From: Neoechinorhynchus agilis
Taxonomy: Eukaryota > Animalia > Acanthocephala
Length of the DNA: 64,000 nucleotides
Assembly: GCA_051530055.1 (NCBI GenBank)
Contig: CM121342.1
Span: 2,576,797 to 2,640,796, forward strand
Direction of reading: 5' to 3'
Positions 1 to 14,031 of this stretch are shown in pieces (position 1 is the stretch's first letter; each line of letters begins with the position of its first letter). A model generated the notes under the pieces. It was not told where the DNA came from. It made no database searches and saw only the letters and a list, made by a program, of their open reading frames with translations. The position numbers and the translations under genes were made by a program.

Positions 1-3000
1 ACCTGAATTAAATCTGTTGTACTCGTAAGTTGTTACGAAATGATAAAACATTTTGAGCATATCAAATTCGCTGATTTCAATGGTGTTATCTAATTATAAT
101 GAATCTTGCAAATTTAATGATCTTTCACTCTTGTGACTATTGACCAAATATGATAATGCGATTTCCGATTCGAATATTGCAGCTACAGTTTAGGATGTCC
201 GTTAATTTAGTACATCTTAATGCGCTGATTCCAAATCTGTATCCGGATTTTCGATGGCTGGTATGGTTCTTGAGTTATTCGTTGTTCAATTTACAGAGAA
301 ACTACCTTGATTATTGATATTAAAACGTCAATAAATTTAAGATCAAATTATTTTTTCTAGATCTACTTTTAACGCTGAATTCACCTGCACAAATGGTTTG
401 ATGTGGCTTTTTAAATTTTTACACTTGGTTTCAGGATTGAAGTTCATAAAAGACACCTGAATTAAATCTGTGGTACTCGTAAGCTGTTACGAAATGATAA
501 AACATTTTGAGCATATCAAATGCGCTGATTTCAATGGTGTTATCTAATTATAATGAATCTTGCAAATTTAGTGATCTTTCACTCTTGTGACTATTGACCA
601 AATATGATAATGCGATTTCCGATTCGAATATTGCAGCTGTAGTTTAGGATGTCCGTTAATTTAGTACACCTAAACGCGCTGATTCTAAATCTGTATCCGG
701 ATTTACGATAGCTGCTACGGTTCTTGAGTTATTGGTTTTTCAATTTTTAGAAAAACTACCTTGATTATTGATATTAAAACTTCAATAAATTTAAGACCAA
801 ATTAACTTTTCTAGATCTACTTTTAACGCTGAATTCACCTGCACAAATGGTTTGATGTGGCTTTTTAAATTTTGACACTTAGTTTCAGGATTGAAGTTCA
901 TAAAAGACACCTGAATTAAATCTGTGGTACTCGTAAGCTGTTACGAAATGATAAAACCTTATGAGCATATCAAATGCGCTGATTTCAATGGTGTTATCTA
1001 ATTATAATAAATCTTGCAAATTTAGTGATCTTTCACTCTTGTGACTATTGACCAAATATGATAATGCGATTTCCGATTCGAATATTGCAGCTGTAGTTTA
1101 GGATTTAAGATAATTTAGTACATCTTAACGCGCTGATTCTAAATCTGTATCCGGATTTGCGATAGCTGCTACGGTTCTTTAGTTATTCGTTGTTCAATTT
1201 TGAGACAAACTACCTTGATTATTGATATTAAAACGTCAATAAATTTAAGATCAAATTAACTTTTCTAAATCTACTTTTAACGCTGAATTCACCTGCACAA
1301 AAGGTTTGATGTGGCTTTTTAAATTTTTACACTTAGTTTCAGGATTGAAGTTCATAAAAGACACCTGAATTAAATCTGTGGTACTCGTAAGCTGTTACGA
1401 AATGATAAAACATTTTGAGCATATCAAATGCGCTGATTTCAATGGTGTTATCTAATTATAATTAATCTTGCAAATTTAGTGATCTTTCACTCTTGTGACT
1501 ATTGACCAAATATGATAATGCGATTTCCGATTCGAATATTGCAGCTGTAGTTTAGGATGTCAGTTAATTTAGTACATCTTAACGCGCTGATTCTAAATCT
1601 GTGTCCGGATTTTCGATAGCTTTTATTGTTCTTGAGTTATTCGTTGTTCAATTTACAGACAAACTACCTTGATTATTGATATTAAAACGTCAATAAATCT
1701 AAGATCAAATTAACTTTTCTAGATCTACTTTTAACGCTGAATTGACCTGAACAAATGGTTTTTTGTGGCTTTTTAAATTTTTACACTTGGTTTCAGGATT
1801 GAAGTTCATAAAAGACACCTGAATAAAATCTGTGGTACTAAAAAGTTGTTACGAAATGATAAAACATTTTGAGCATATCAAATGCGCTGATTTCAATGGT
1901 GTTATCTTATTATAATGAATCTTTCAAATTTAGTGATCTTTCACTCTTGTGACTATTGACCAAATATGATAATGCGATTTCCGATTCGAATATTGCAGAT
2001 GTAGTTTAGGATGTCAGTTAATTTAGTACATCTAAACGCGCTGATTCTAAATCTGTATCCGGATTTTCGATAGCTGCTACGGTTCTTGAGTTATTCGTTG
2101 TTCAATTTTGAGACAAACTACCTTGATTATTGATATTAAAACGTCAATAAATTCAAGATCAAATTAACTTTTCTGGATCTACTTTTAACCCTGAATTCAC
2201 CTGCAGAAATGGTTTGATGTAACTTTTAAAATTTTTAACACTTATTTTCAGGGTGGAAGTTCATAAAAGACACCTGAATTAAATTGGTGGTACTTGTAAG
2301 TTGTTACGAAATGATACAAAATTTTGAGCATATCAAATGCGCTGATTTCAATGGTGTTATCTAATTATAATGAATCTTGCAAATTTAGTGATCTTTCACT
2401 CTCGTGACTATTTACTAAATATGATAATGCGATTTCCGATTCGAATATTGCAGGTGTAGTTTAGGATGTCAGTTAATTTAGTACACCTTGACGTGCTGAT
2501 TCCAAATCTGTATCCGGATTTTTGATAGCTGCTACAGTTCTTGAGTAATTCGGTGTTAAATTTACAGACAAACTACCTTGATTATTGATATTAAAACGTC
2601 AATAAATTTAAGATCAAATTAACTTTTCTAGATCTACTTTTAACGCTGAATTGACCTGCACAAATGGTTTGATGTGGCCTGTTAAATTTTTACACTTGGT
2701 TTCAGGATTGAAGTTCATAAAAGACACCTGAATAAAATCTGTGGTACTAAAAAGTTGTTACGAAATGATAAAACATTTTGAGCATAACTGATGCGCTGAT
2801 TTCAATGGTGTTATCTAATTATAATGAATCTTGCAAATTTAGTGATCTTTCACTCTTGTGACTATTGATAAAATATGATAATGCGATTTCCGATTCAGAT
2901 ATTGCAGCTGTAGTTTAGAATTTAAGGTAATTTAGTACATCTTAACGCGCTGATTATAAATCTGTATCGGATTTCCGATAGCTGTTATTGTTCTTGAGTT

Positions 3001-3126
3001 ATTCGTTGTTCAATTTACAGACAAACTACCTTGATTATTGATATTAAAACGTCAATAAATCTAAGATCAAATTAACTTTTCTAGATCTACTTTTAACGCT
3101 GAATTGACCTGCACAAATGGCTTGAT
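1..3126 (+). repeat. 454-bp AT-rich tandem satellite, ~6.9 monomers, forward orientation
   Basis: The anchor ACCTGAAT recurs at 1, 455, 909, 1363, 1817, 2272 and 2726 (period 454-455 bp), and the monomers differ only by scattered substitutions. Confidence 0.97.
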
Positions 3127-6100
3127 CAAGGTAGTTTGTCTCAAAATTGAACAACGAATTACTCAAGAACCATAACAGCTATCGCAAATCCGTAAACATA
3201 TTTGGAATTAGCGCGTTAAGATGTACTAATTTACCTTAAATGCTAAACTACAGCTGCAATATTCGAATCGGAAATCGCATTATCATATTTGGTCAATAGT
3301 CACAAGAGTGAAAGATCACTAAATTTGCAAGATTCATTATAATTAGATAACACCATTGAAATCAGCGCATTTGATATGCTCAAAATGTTTTATCATTTCG
3401 TAACAACTTTCGAGTACCACAGATTTTATTCAGGTGTCTTTTATGAACTTCAATCCTGAAACCAAGTGTAAAAATTTAACAGGCCACATCAAACCATTTG
3501 TGCAGGTCAATTCAGCGTTAAAAGTAGATTTAGAAAAGTTAATTTGATCTAGAATTTATTGACGTTTTAATATCAAAAATCAAGGTAGTTTGTCTCAAAA
3601 TTGAACAACGAATAACTCAAGAAAAATAACAGCTATCGAAAATCCGGACACAGATTTAGAATCAGCGCGTTAAGATGTACTAAATTAACTGACATCCTAA
3701 ACTACAGCTGCAATATTCGAATCGGAAATCGCATTATTATATTTGGTCAATAGTCACGAGAGTGAAAGATCACTAAATTTGCAAGATTCATTATAATAAG
3801 ATAACACCATTGAAATCAGCGCATTTGATATGCTCAAATTTTTTTATCATTTTGTAACAACTTACAAGTACAACCAATTTAATTCAGGTGTCTTTTATGA
3901 ACTTCCATCCTGAAAATAAGTGTAAAAATTTTAAAAGTTACATCAAACCATTTGTGCAGGTGAATTCAGCGTTAAAAGTAGATCTAGAAAAGTTAATTTG
4001 ATCTTGAATTTTTTGACGTTTTAATATCAATAATCAAGGTAGTTTGTCTCAAAATTGAACAACGAATAACTCAAGAACCGTAGCAGCTATCGAAAATCCG
4101 GATACAGATTTAGAATCAGCCCGTTAAGATGTACTAAATTAACTGACATCCTAAACTACATCTGCAATATTCGAATCGGAAATCGCATTATCATATTTGG
4201 TCAATAGTCACAAGAGTGAAAGATCACTAAATTTGAAAGATTCATTATAATTAGATAACACCATTGAAATCAGCGCATTTTATATGCTCGAAATGTTTTA
4301 TCATTTCGTAACAACTTACAAGTACCACAGATTTTATTAAGGTGTCTTTTATGAACCTCCATCCTGAAAATAAGTGTAAAAATTTTGAAAGCCACATCAA
4401 ACCATTTGTGCAGGTCATTTCAGCGTTAAAAGTAGATCTAGAAAAGTTAATTTGATCTTAAATTTATTGACGTTTTAATATCAATAATCAAGGTAGTTTG
4501 TCTGTAAATTTAACAACGAATAACTCAAGAACCGTAGCAGCCATCGAAAATCCGGATACAGATTTGGAATCAGCGCGTTAAGATGTACTAAATTAACTGA
4601 CATCCTAAACTACAGAAGCAATATTCGAATCGGAAATCGCATTATCATATTTGGTCAATAGTCACAAGAGTGAAAGATCACTAAAATTGCAAGATTCATT
4701 ATAATTAGATAACACCATTGAAATCAGCGCATTTGATATGCTCAAAATGTTTTATCATTTCGTAACAGCTTACGAGTACCACAGATTTAATTCAGGTGTC
4801 TTTTATGAACTTCAATCCTGAAAATAAGTGTAAAAATTTAAAAAGCCACATCAAACCATTTGTGCAGGTGAATTCAGCGTTAAAAGTAGATCTAGAAAAG
4901 TTAATTTGATCTTAAATTTATTGACGTTTTAATATCAATAATCAAGGTAGTTTGTCTCAAAATTGAACAACGAATAACTCCAGAACCATAACAGCTATCG
5001 CAAATCCGGATACAGATTTAGAATCAGCGCGTTAAGATGTACTAAATTACCTTAAATCCTAAACTACAGCTGCAATATCTGAATCGGAAATCGCATTATC
5101 ATATTTGGTCAATAGTCACAAGAGTGAAAGATCACTAAATTTGCAAGATTTATTATAATTAGATAACACCATTGAAATCAGCGCATTTGATATGCTCAAA
5201 ATGTTTTATCATTTCGTAACAGCTTACGAGTACCACAGATTTAATTCAGGTGTCTTTTACGAACTTCAATCCTGAAACTAAGTGTAAAAATTTAAAAAAC
5301 CACATCAAACCATTTGTGCAGGTGAATTCAGCGTTAAAAGTAGATCTAGAAAAGTTAATTTGGTCTTAAATTTATTGACGTTTTGATATCAATAATCAAG
5401 GTAGTTTGTCTCAAAATTGAACAACAGATAACTCAAGTATAACAGCCATCGAAAATCCGGATACAGATTTGGAATCAGCGCGTTAAGGTGTACTAAATTA
5501 ACGGACATCTAAACTACAGCTGCAATATTCGAATCGGAAATCGCATTATCATATTTGGTCAATAGTCACAAGAGTGAAAGATCACTAAATTTGCAAGATT
5601 CATTATAATTAGATAACACCATTGAAATCAGCGCATTTGATATGCTCAAAATGTTTTATCATTTCGTAACAACTTACGAGTACAACAGATTTAATTATTG
5701 TGTCTTTTATGAACTTCAATCCTGAAACTAAGTGTAAAAATTTAAAAAGCCACATCAAACCTTTTGTGCAGGTGAATTCAGCGTTAAAAGTAGATCTAGA
5801 AAAAATAATTTGATCTTAAATTAATTGACGTTTTAATATCAATAATCAAGGTAGTTTGTCTCAAAATTGAACAACGAATAACTCAAGAACCATAACAGCT
5901 ATCGCAAATCCGGATACAGATTTAGAATCAGCGCATTAAGATGTACTAAATTACCTTAAATCCTAAACTACAGCTGCAATATCTGAATCGGAAATCGCAT
6001 TATCATATTTGGTCAATAGTCACAAGAGTGAAAGATCACTAAATTTGCAAGATTCATTATAATTAGATAACACCATTGAAATCAGCGAATTTGATATGCT

Positions 6101-9100
6101 CAAAATGTTTTATCATTTCGTAACAACTTACGAGTACCACAGATTTAATTCAGGTGTCTTTTATGAACTTCAATCCTGAAACTAAGTGTAAAAATTTAAT
6201 AAGTCACATCAAACCATTTGTGCAGGTGAATTCAGCGTTAAAAGTAGATCTAGAAAAGTTAATTTGATCTTAAATTTATTGACGTTTTAATATCAATAAT
6301 CAAGGTAGTTTGTCTCAAAATTGAACAACGAATAACTAAAGAACCATAACAGCTATCGCAAATCCGGGTACAGATTTAGAATCAGCGCGTTAAGATGTAC
6401 TAAATTACCTTAAATCCTAAACTACAGCTGCAATATTCGAATCGGAAATCGCATTATCATATTTGGTCAATAGTCACAAGAGTGAAAGATCACTAAATTT
6501 ACAAGATTCATTATAATTAGATAACACCATTGAAATCAGCGCATTTGATATGCTCAAAATGTTTTATCATTTCGTAACAGCTTACGAGTACCACAGATTT
6601 AATTCAGGTGTCTTTTATGAACTTCAATCCTGAAACTAAGTGTAAAAATTTTAAAAGCAACATCAAACCATTTGTGCAGGTGAATTCAGCGTTAAAAGTA
6701 GATCTAGAAAAGTAAATTTGATCTTAAATTTATTGACGTTTTAATATCAATAATCAAGGTAGTTTGTCTCAAAATTGAACAACGATTATCTCAAGAACCG
6801 TAGCAGCTATCGAAAATCTGGATACAGATTTAGAATCAGCGCGTTAAGATGTACTAAATTACCTTAAATCCTAAACTACAGCTGCAATATTCGAATCGGA
6901 AATCGCATTATCATATTTGGTCAATAGTCACAAGAGTGAAAGATTCACTAAATTTGCAAGATTCATTGTAATTAGATAACACCATTGAAATCAGCGCATT
7001 TTATATGCTCGAAATGTTTTATCATTTCGTAACAACTTACAAGTACCACAGATTTTATTAAGGTGTCTTTTATGAACCTCCATCCTGAAAATAAGTGTAA
7101 AAATTTTAAAAGCCACATCAAACCATTTGTGCAGGTGAATTCAGCGTTAAAAGTAGATCTAGAAAAGTTAATTTGATCTTGAATTTATTGACGTTTTAAT
7201 ATCAATAATCAAGGTAGTTTGTCTCAAAATTGAACAACGAATAACTCAAGAACCGTAGCAGCTATCGAAAATCCGGATACAGATTTGGAATCCGCGCGTT
7301 AGGATGTACTAAATTAACTTATATCCTAAACTACAGCTGCAATATTCGAATCGGAAATCGCATTATCATATTTGGTCAATAGTCACAAGAGTGAAAGATC
7401 ACTAAATTTGCAAGATTCATTATAATTAGATAACACGATTCAAATCAGCGCATTTTATATGCTCAAAATGTTTTATCATTTCGTAACAACTTACGAGTAC
7501 CACAGATTTATTTCAGGTGTCTTTTATGAACCTCCATCCTGAAAATAAGTGTAACAATTTCAAAAGCCACATAGAACCGTTTGTGCAGGTGAATTAAGCG
7601 TTAGAAGTAGATTTAGAAAAGTTATTTTGATCTTGAATTTATTGACGTTTCAATATCAATAATCAAGGTAGTTTGTCTCAAAATTGAACAACGAATAACT
7701 CAAGAACCATAACAGCCATCGAAAATCCGGATACAGATTTGGAATCAGCGCGTTAAGGTGTACTAAATTAACGGACATCCTAAACTACAGCTGCAATATT
7801 CGAATCGGAAATCGCATTATCATATTTGGTCAATAGTCACAAGAGTGAAAGATCACTAAATTTGCAAGATTCATTATAATTAGATAACACCATTGAAATC
7901 AGCGCATTTGATATGCTCAAAATGTTTTATCATTTCGTAACAACTTACGAGTACAACAGATTTAATTCAGGTGTCTTTTATGAACTTCAATCCTGAAAAA
8001 GTGTAATCATTTTAAAAGCCACATCAAACCATTTGTGCAGGTGAATTCAGCGTTAAAAGTAGATCTAGAAAAGTTAATTTGATCTTGAATTTATTGACGT
8101 TTTAATATCAATAATAAAGTTAGTTTGTCTCAAAATTGAACAAAGAATAACTCAAGAGCCATAACAGCTATCGAAAATCCGGATACAGATTTGGAATCAG
8201 CGCGTCAAGATGTACTAAATTGCCTCACATCCTAAACTACAGCTGCAATATTTGAATCGGAAATCGCATTATCATATTTCGTCAATAGTCACAAGAGTGA
8301 AAGATCACTAAATTTGCAAGATTCATTATAATTAGATAACACCATTGAAATCAGCGCATTTGATATGCTCAAAATGTTTTATCATTTCGTAACAGCTTAC
8401 GAGTACCACAGATTTAATTCAGGTGTCTTCTATGAACATCAATCCTGAAACTAAGTAAAAAATTGTAAAAGCCACATTAAACCATTTGTGCAGGTGAATT
8501 CAGCGTTAAAAGTAGATCTAGAAAAGTTAATTTGATCTTAAATTTATTGACGTTTTAATATCAATAATCAAGGTAGTTTGTCTCAAAAATTGAACAACGA
8601 ATAACTCAAGAACCGTAGCAGCTATCGCAAATCCGGATACAGATTTAGAATCAGCGCGTTAAGGTGTACTAAATTACCTAAAATCCTAAACAACAGCTGC
8701 AACATTCGAATCGGAAATCGCATTATCATATTTGGTCAATAGTCACAAGAGTGAAAGATCACTAAATTTGCAAGATTAATTATAATTAGATAACACCATT
8801 GAAATCAGCGAATTTGATATGCTCAAAATACTTTATCATTTCGTAACAACTTACGAGTACAACAGATTTAATTCAGGTGTCTTTTATGAACTTCAATCCC
8901 TAAACTAAGTGTAAAAATTTAAAAAGCCACATCAAACCATTTGTGCAGGTGAATTTAGCGTTAAAAGTAGATCTAGAAAAGTTAATTTGATCTTAAATTT
9001 ATTGACGTTTTAATATCAATAATCAAGGTAGTTTGTCTCAAAATTGAACAACGAATAACTCAAGAACAATAACAGCTATCGAAAATCCGGATACAGATTT

Positions 9101-12100
9101 AGAATCAGCGCGTTAAGGTGTACTAAATTACCTTAAATCCTAAACTACAGCTGCAATATTCGAATCGGAAATCGCATTATCATATTTGGTCAATAGTCAC
9201 AAGAGTGAAAGATCACTAAATTTGCAAGATTCATTATAATTAAATAACACCATTGAAATCAGCGAATTTGATATGCTCAAGATGTTTTATCATTTCCTAA
9301 CAACTTACGAGTACTACAGATTTAATTCAGGTGTCTTTTATGAACTACAATCCTTAAACAAAGTGTAAAAATTTAAAAAGCAACAGGTGAATTCAGCGTT
9401 AAAAGTAGATCTAGAAAAGTTAATTTGATCTTAAATTTATTGACGTTTTAATATTAATAATAAAGGTAGTTTGTCTGTAAATTGAACAACGAATAACTCA
9501 AGAACCATAACAGCCATCCAAAATCCATATACAGATTTGGAATCAGCGCGTTAAGATGTACTAAATTAACGGACATCCTAAACTACAGCTGCAATATTGG
9601 AATCGGAAATCGCATTATCATATTTGGTCAATAGTCACAAGAGTGAAAGATCACAGAATTTGCAAGATTCATTATAATTAGATAACTCCATTGGAATCAG
9701 CGCATTTGAAATGCTCAAAATGTTTTATCATTTCGTAACAACTTACAAGTACCACAGATTTAATTCAGGTGTCTTTTATGAACCTCAATCCTGAAAAAAA
9801 GTGTAATCATTTTAAAAGCCACATCAAAATATTTGTGCAGGTGAATTCAGCGTTAAAAGTAGATCTAGAAAAGTTAATTTGATCTTGAATTTATTGACGT
9901 TTTAATATCAATAATCAAGGTAGTTTGTCTCAAAATTGAACAACGAATAACTCAAGAACCATAAAAGCTATCGCAAATCCGGATTCAGATTTGGAATCAG
10001 CGCGTTAAGATGTACTAAACTACCTTAAATCCTAAACTACAGCTGCAATATCTTGATCGGAAATCGCATTATCATATTTTGTCAATAGTCACAAGAGTGA
10101 AAGATCACTAAATTTGCAAGATTCATTATAATTAGATAACACCATTGAAATCAGCGCATCAGATATGCTCAAAGCGTTTTATCATTTCCTAACAACTTAC
10201 GAGTACCACTGATTTAATTCAGGTGTCTTTTATGAACTTCAATCCTGATACTAAGTGTAAAAATTTAAAAAGCCACATCAAACCATTCGTGCAGGTGAAT
10301 TCAGCGTTAAAAGTAGATCTAGAAAAGTTAATTTGATCTTAAATTTATTGACGTTTTAATATCAATAATCAAGGTAGTTTGTCCAAAAATTGAACAACGA
10401 ATAACTAAAAAACCATAAAAGCTATCGACAATCCCGATACAGATTTGGAATCAGCGCGTTAAGATGCACTAAACTACCTAACATCCTAAACAACAGCTGC
10501 AATATTCGAATCGGAAATCGCATTATCATATTTGGTCAATAGTCGCAAGAGTGAAAGATCACTAAATTTGCTAGATTCATTATAATTAGATAACACCATT
10601 GCAATCAGCGCATTTGATATGCTCAAAATGTTTTATCATTTCGTAACAGCTTACGAGTACCACAGATTTAATTCAGGTGTCTTTTATGAACTTCAATCCT
10701 GAAACTAAGTGTAAAAATTTAAAAAGCCACATCAAACCATTTGTGCAGGTGAATTCAGCGTTAGAAGTAGATCTAGAAAAGTTAATTTGATCTTAAATTT
10801 ATTGACGTTTTAATATCAATAATCAAGGTAGTTTGTCTCAAAATTGAACAACGAATAACTCAAGAACCGTAGCAGCTATCGCAAATCCGGATACAGATTT
10901 AGAATCAACGCGTTAAGATGTACTAAATTACCTTAAATCCTAAACTACAGCTGCAATATTCGAATCGGAAATCGCATTATCATATTTGGTCAATAGTCAC
11001 AAGAGTGAAAGATCACTAAATTTGCAAGATTCATTATAATTAGATAACACCATTGAAGTCAGCGCATTTGATATGCTCAAAATGTTTTATCATTTCGTAA
11101 CAACTTAGGAGTACCACAGATTTAATTCAGGTGTCTTTTATGAACTTCAATCCCTAAACTAAGTGTAAAAATTTAAAAAGCCACATCAAACCATTTGTGC
11201 AGGTGAATTTAGCGTTAAAAGTAGATCTAGAAAAGTTAATTCGATCTAAAATTTATTGACGTTTTAATATCAATAATCAAGGTAGTTTGTCTGTAAATTG
11301 AACAACGAATAACTCAAGAACAATAACAGCTATCGAAAATCCGTATACAGATTTGGAAGTACTAAATTAACTGACATCCTAAACTACGGCTGCAATATTC
11401 GAATCGGAAATCGCATTATCATATTTGGTCAATAGTCACAAGAGTGAAAGATCACAAAATTTGAAAGACTCATTAAAATCAGATAACACCATTTAAATCA
11501 GCGCATTAGATATGCTCAAAGTGTGTTTGTATTTCGTAACAACTTTCGACCACCACAGATTTAATTCAGGTGTCTTTTATCAACTTCAATCCTTAAACTA
11601 AGTGTAAAAATTTAACAAGCAACATCAAACGGTAACTGCAGGTAAATTCAGCGTCAAAAGTTGATATAGAAAAGTTAATTTGATCTTAAATTGATTGATG
11701 TTTTAATATAAATAATTAAGGCAGTTGGTCTCAAAATGTAACAACAAATAACTTAAGAACCATGATAGCTATCGCAAATCCGTAAACAGATGTGGAATCA
11801 GCGCGTTAGGATCTACTAAACTAGCTGACTCTGTACACTACAGCTGTAATATTCGCATCCGAAATCGCATTGCCATATTTTGCCAATATTCACAAGAGTG
11901 AAAGATCACTAAATTTGAAAGACTCATTTAAATCAGATAACACCATTAAAATCAGCGCATTAGATATGCTCAAGATGTTTTTTCATTTCGTAACAACTTT
12001 CAACCACCACAGATTTAATTCAGGTGTCTTTTATCAACTTCAATCCTTAAACTAAGTGTCAAAATTTAGCAAGTAACATCAAACCGTAATTGCAGGTGAA

Positions 12101-12469
12101 TTCAGCGTAAAAAGTAGATATAAAAAAGTTAATTTAATCTTAAATTGATTTATGTTTTAATATCAATAATCAAGGTAGTTGGTCTCAAAATGTAACAGCA
12201 AATAACTCAAGAACCATGATAGCTATCGCAAATCCGTAAACAGACTTTGAATCAGCGCGTTATCCTACTAAACTAGCTGATTCCGTACTACTCCCAGCGC
12301 CAATATTTTCCAAAATCGCATTGTCATATTTTGCCTATGTTCACAAGAGTGAAAGATCACAAAATTTGAAAGACTCATTAAAATCAGATAACACCATTTA
12401 AATCAGCGCATTAGATATGCTCAAAATGTTATTTCATTTCGTAACAACTTTCGACCACCACAGATTTAA
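3125..12469 (-). repeat. Same 454-bp satellite in reverse orientation, ~20.5 monomers
   Basis: From 3125 the sequence is the reverse complement of the monomer (ATCAAGGTAGTTTGTCTC..., GAATCGGAAATCGCATTATCAT...). Short deletions occur near 9384 and 11358, and the last ~3 units are more diverged. Confidence 0.97.
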
Positions 12470-14030
12470 CCTCAAAAGCCTGCGTAGTCATCTTAACAGA
12501 AACGTGGCTTACCCCCTTTAACAGCGATTCAGCCCTCCTTCCCGGGTACACTTCCTTCCATACATACCGCGAGTACCGTCCAGGAGGGGATCTCAATTTA
12601 CGTACGGAAATCGCTACCTTACTCTTTATCTCTCACAGGCTCTCTTCTAAACCCCGATTTAGAATTCATTGCAGTCCATTTCATAGCTCCTCTGAGTAAC
12701 GGCCATAGAGAATTCACCATTGCTGGCGTCTATCGCTCTCCGGCCTCTCGACCTGAGTCCTCCCTACTCCAAATCGACTCTATGATGGAGCTCATAAACT
12801 CCACAAATTCGCACCATGTCTTAATTGAAGGGGAATTCAATAATCTATTTCCTCTTCTACCCTTCTCTGAATTGCGTCAACTTATTGACTTCCCAACTCG
12901 TCTTGATGCTCACCTCGATAAAGTGTTCACAAATATCGACGCCTACTCATCCACCCTTCCTTGGCCATGTCCTCCCTAACATCAATCATAGAAAATTCAT
13001 TGGCTTCGGCAACTCCCAAGAAATTCATCAGGATCTCCACTCGCGACCCTCCATGGATAACCCCCATTCTGAAACTTCTACAAAGGCGAGCCCATCGCAA
13101 TAACTCCCCAGACTCTCCCCGTTTACAAAATCACTTACTAACAAAATACTTATCGCCCAGAAAAACTTCCTTTCCTATAAAATTTTATCAGGTGGCAACT
13201 CAACATGGTGGCGGGTCGTCAAGGACTCTCTTGGTCTACGCCACCCGGATCCCTTCCCTAATTTGACTTCCACTGAATTAAAGCTGATTCTAGGTTCCAT
13301 TAATCAGAACCTCTGCCCTCACTTAATTTACAATCACTGCTCAACATCAGTCTCCACCCCGCCGATATTCCCCTTAGTTTCATCATATGAAATACTAAAG
13401 TATCTCATGAAATTACCCAAAAATTCGTCCTCTCAATCCGAAATCCTAAACTGGGCTCTTCGCTGCATCATTCCCGAACTTCTCGACCCTCTTAACACCA
13501 TTATAAACCTCAGCTTTTTATATGGCATCTGCCCCTCTTGCCTGAAAACTGCCAAAGTTATACTCGTTCCAAAAAAAGGGCATCCTATTTCGGCCAAAGC
13601 ATTCCGTCCAATTTCCATTTTACCCGCTCTTCCAAAAATAATCGAAAAATGTTTCAAATCTCGCCTTCTTTCACTTCACGAAAAGTTATCGCCCAATACA
13701 ATTTGGCTTTCGACCCAGATTTTCTGCAACCGATGCCCTACTTTGCATTTATGACACGCTTCTACGTAACGTCGGCAATAATTCCCTCCCGTGTCACCCG
13801 TCTCATTCAACTTTATTTATCCAAAGCTTTCGACTCGGTGGACCATTCATTCCTTCTCCGGGTCTGCTCCGATTTTGGTCTCAACTTGTGGCAGATCCAC
13901 TGGCTCGAATCTTATCTTCACACTCGCAAACGATACAATCACTGTCGTTCTACCTCTTCTATCAGCCTATTCCCCACCAATGGCGTACCTCAAGGTGCTG
14001 TGCTGTCACCACTTCTCTTTAATATTTTTC
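12470..14030 (+). mobile_element. Degenerate non-LTR retrotransposon ORF2 (APE endonuclease + partial RT; CR1/L2/Jockey-type), truncated at both ends
   Basis: Frameshifted translation gives APE motifs VILTETWL, GG-ISIYVR, GVYRSP, LIEGEFN and PTR..LDKVFTN, and RT motifs FRPISILPALPKIIEK, QFGFRP, LSKAFDSVDH and NGVPQGAVLSPLLFNIF. It stops before the YADD motif. Confidence 0.9.
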
Positions 14031-14031
14031 T

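Noticed and set aside
11870-12055. 61-aa ORF inside the satellite
   Set aside because: A chance open frame in one diverged monomer; the other monomers have stops.
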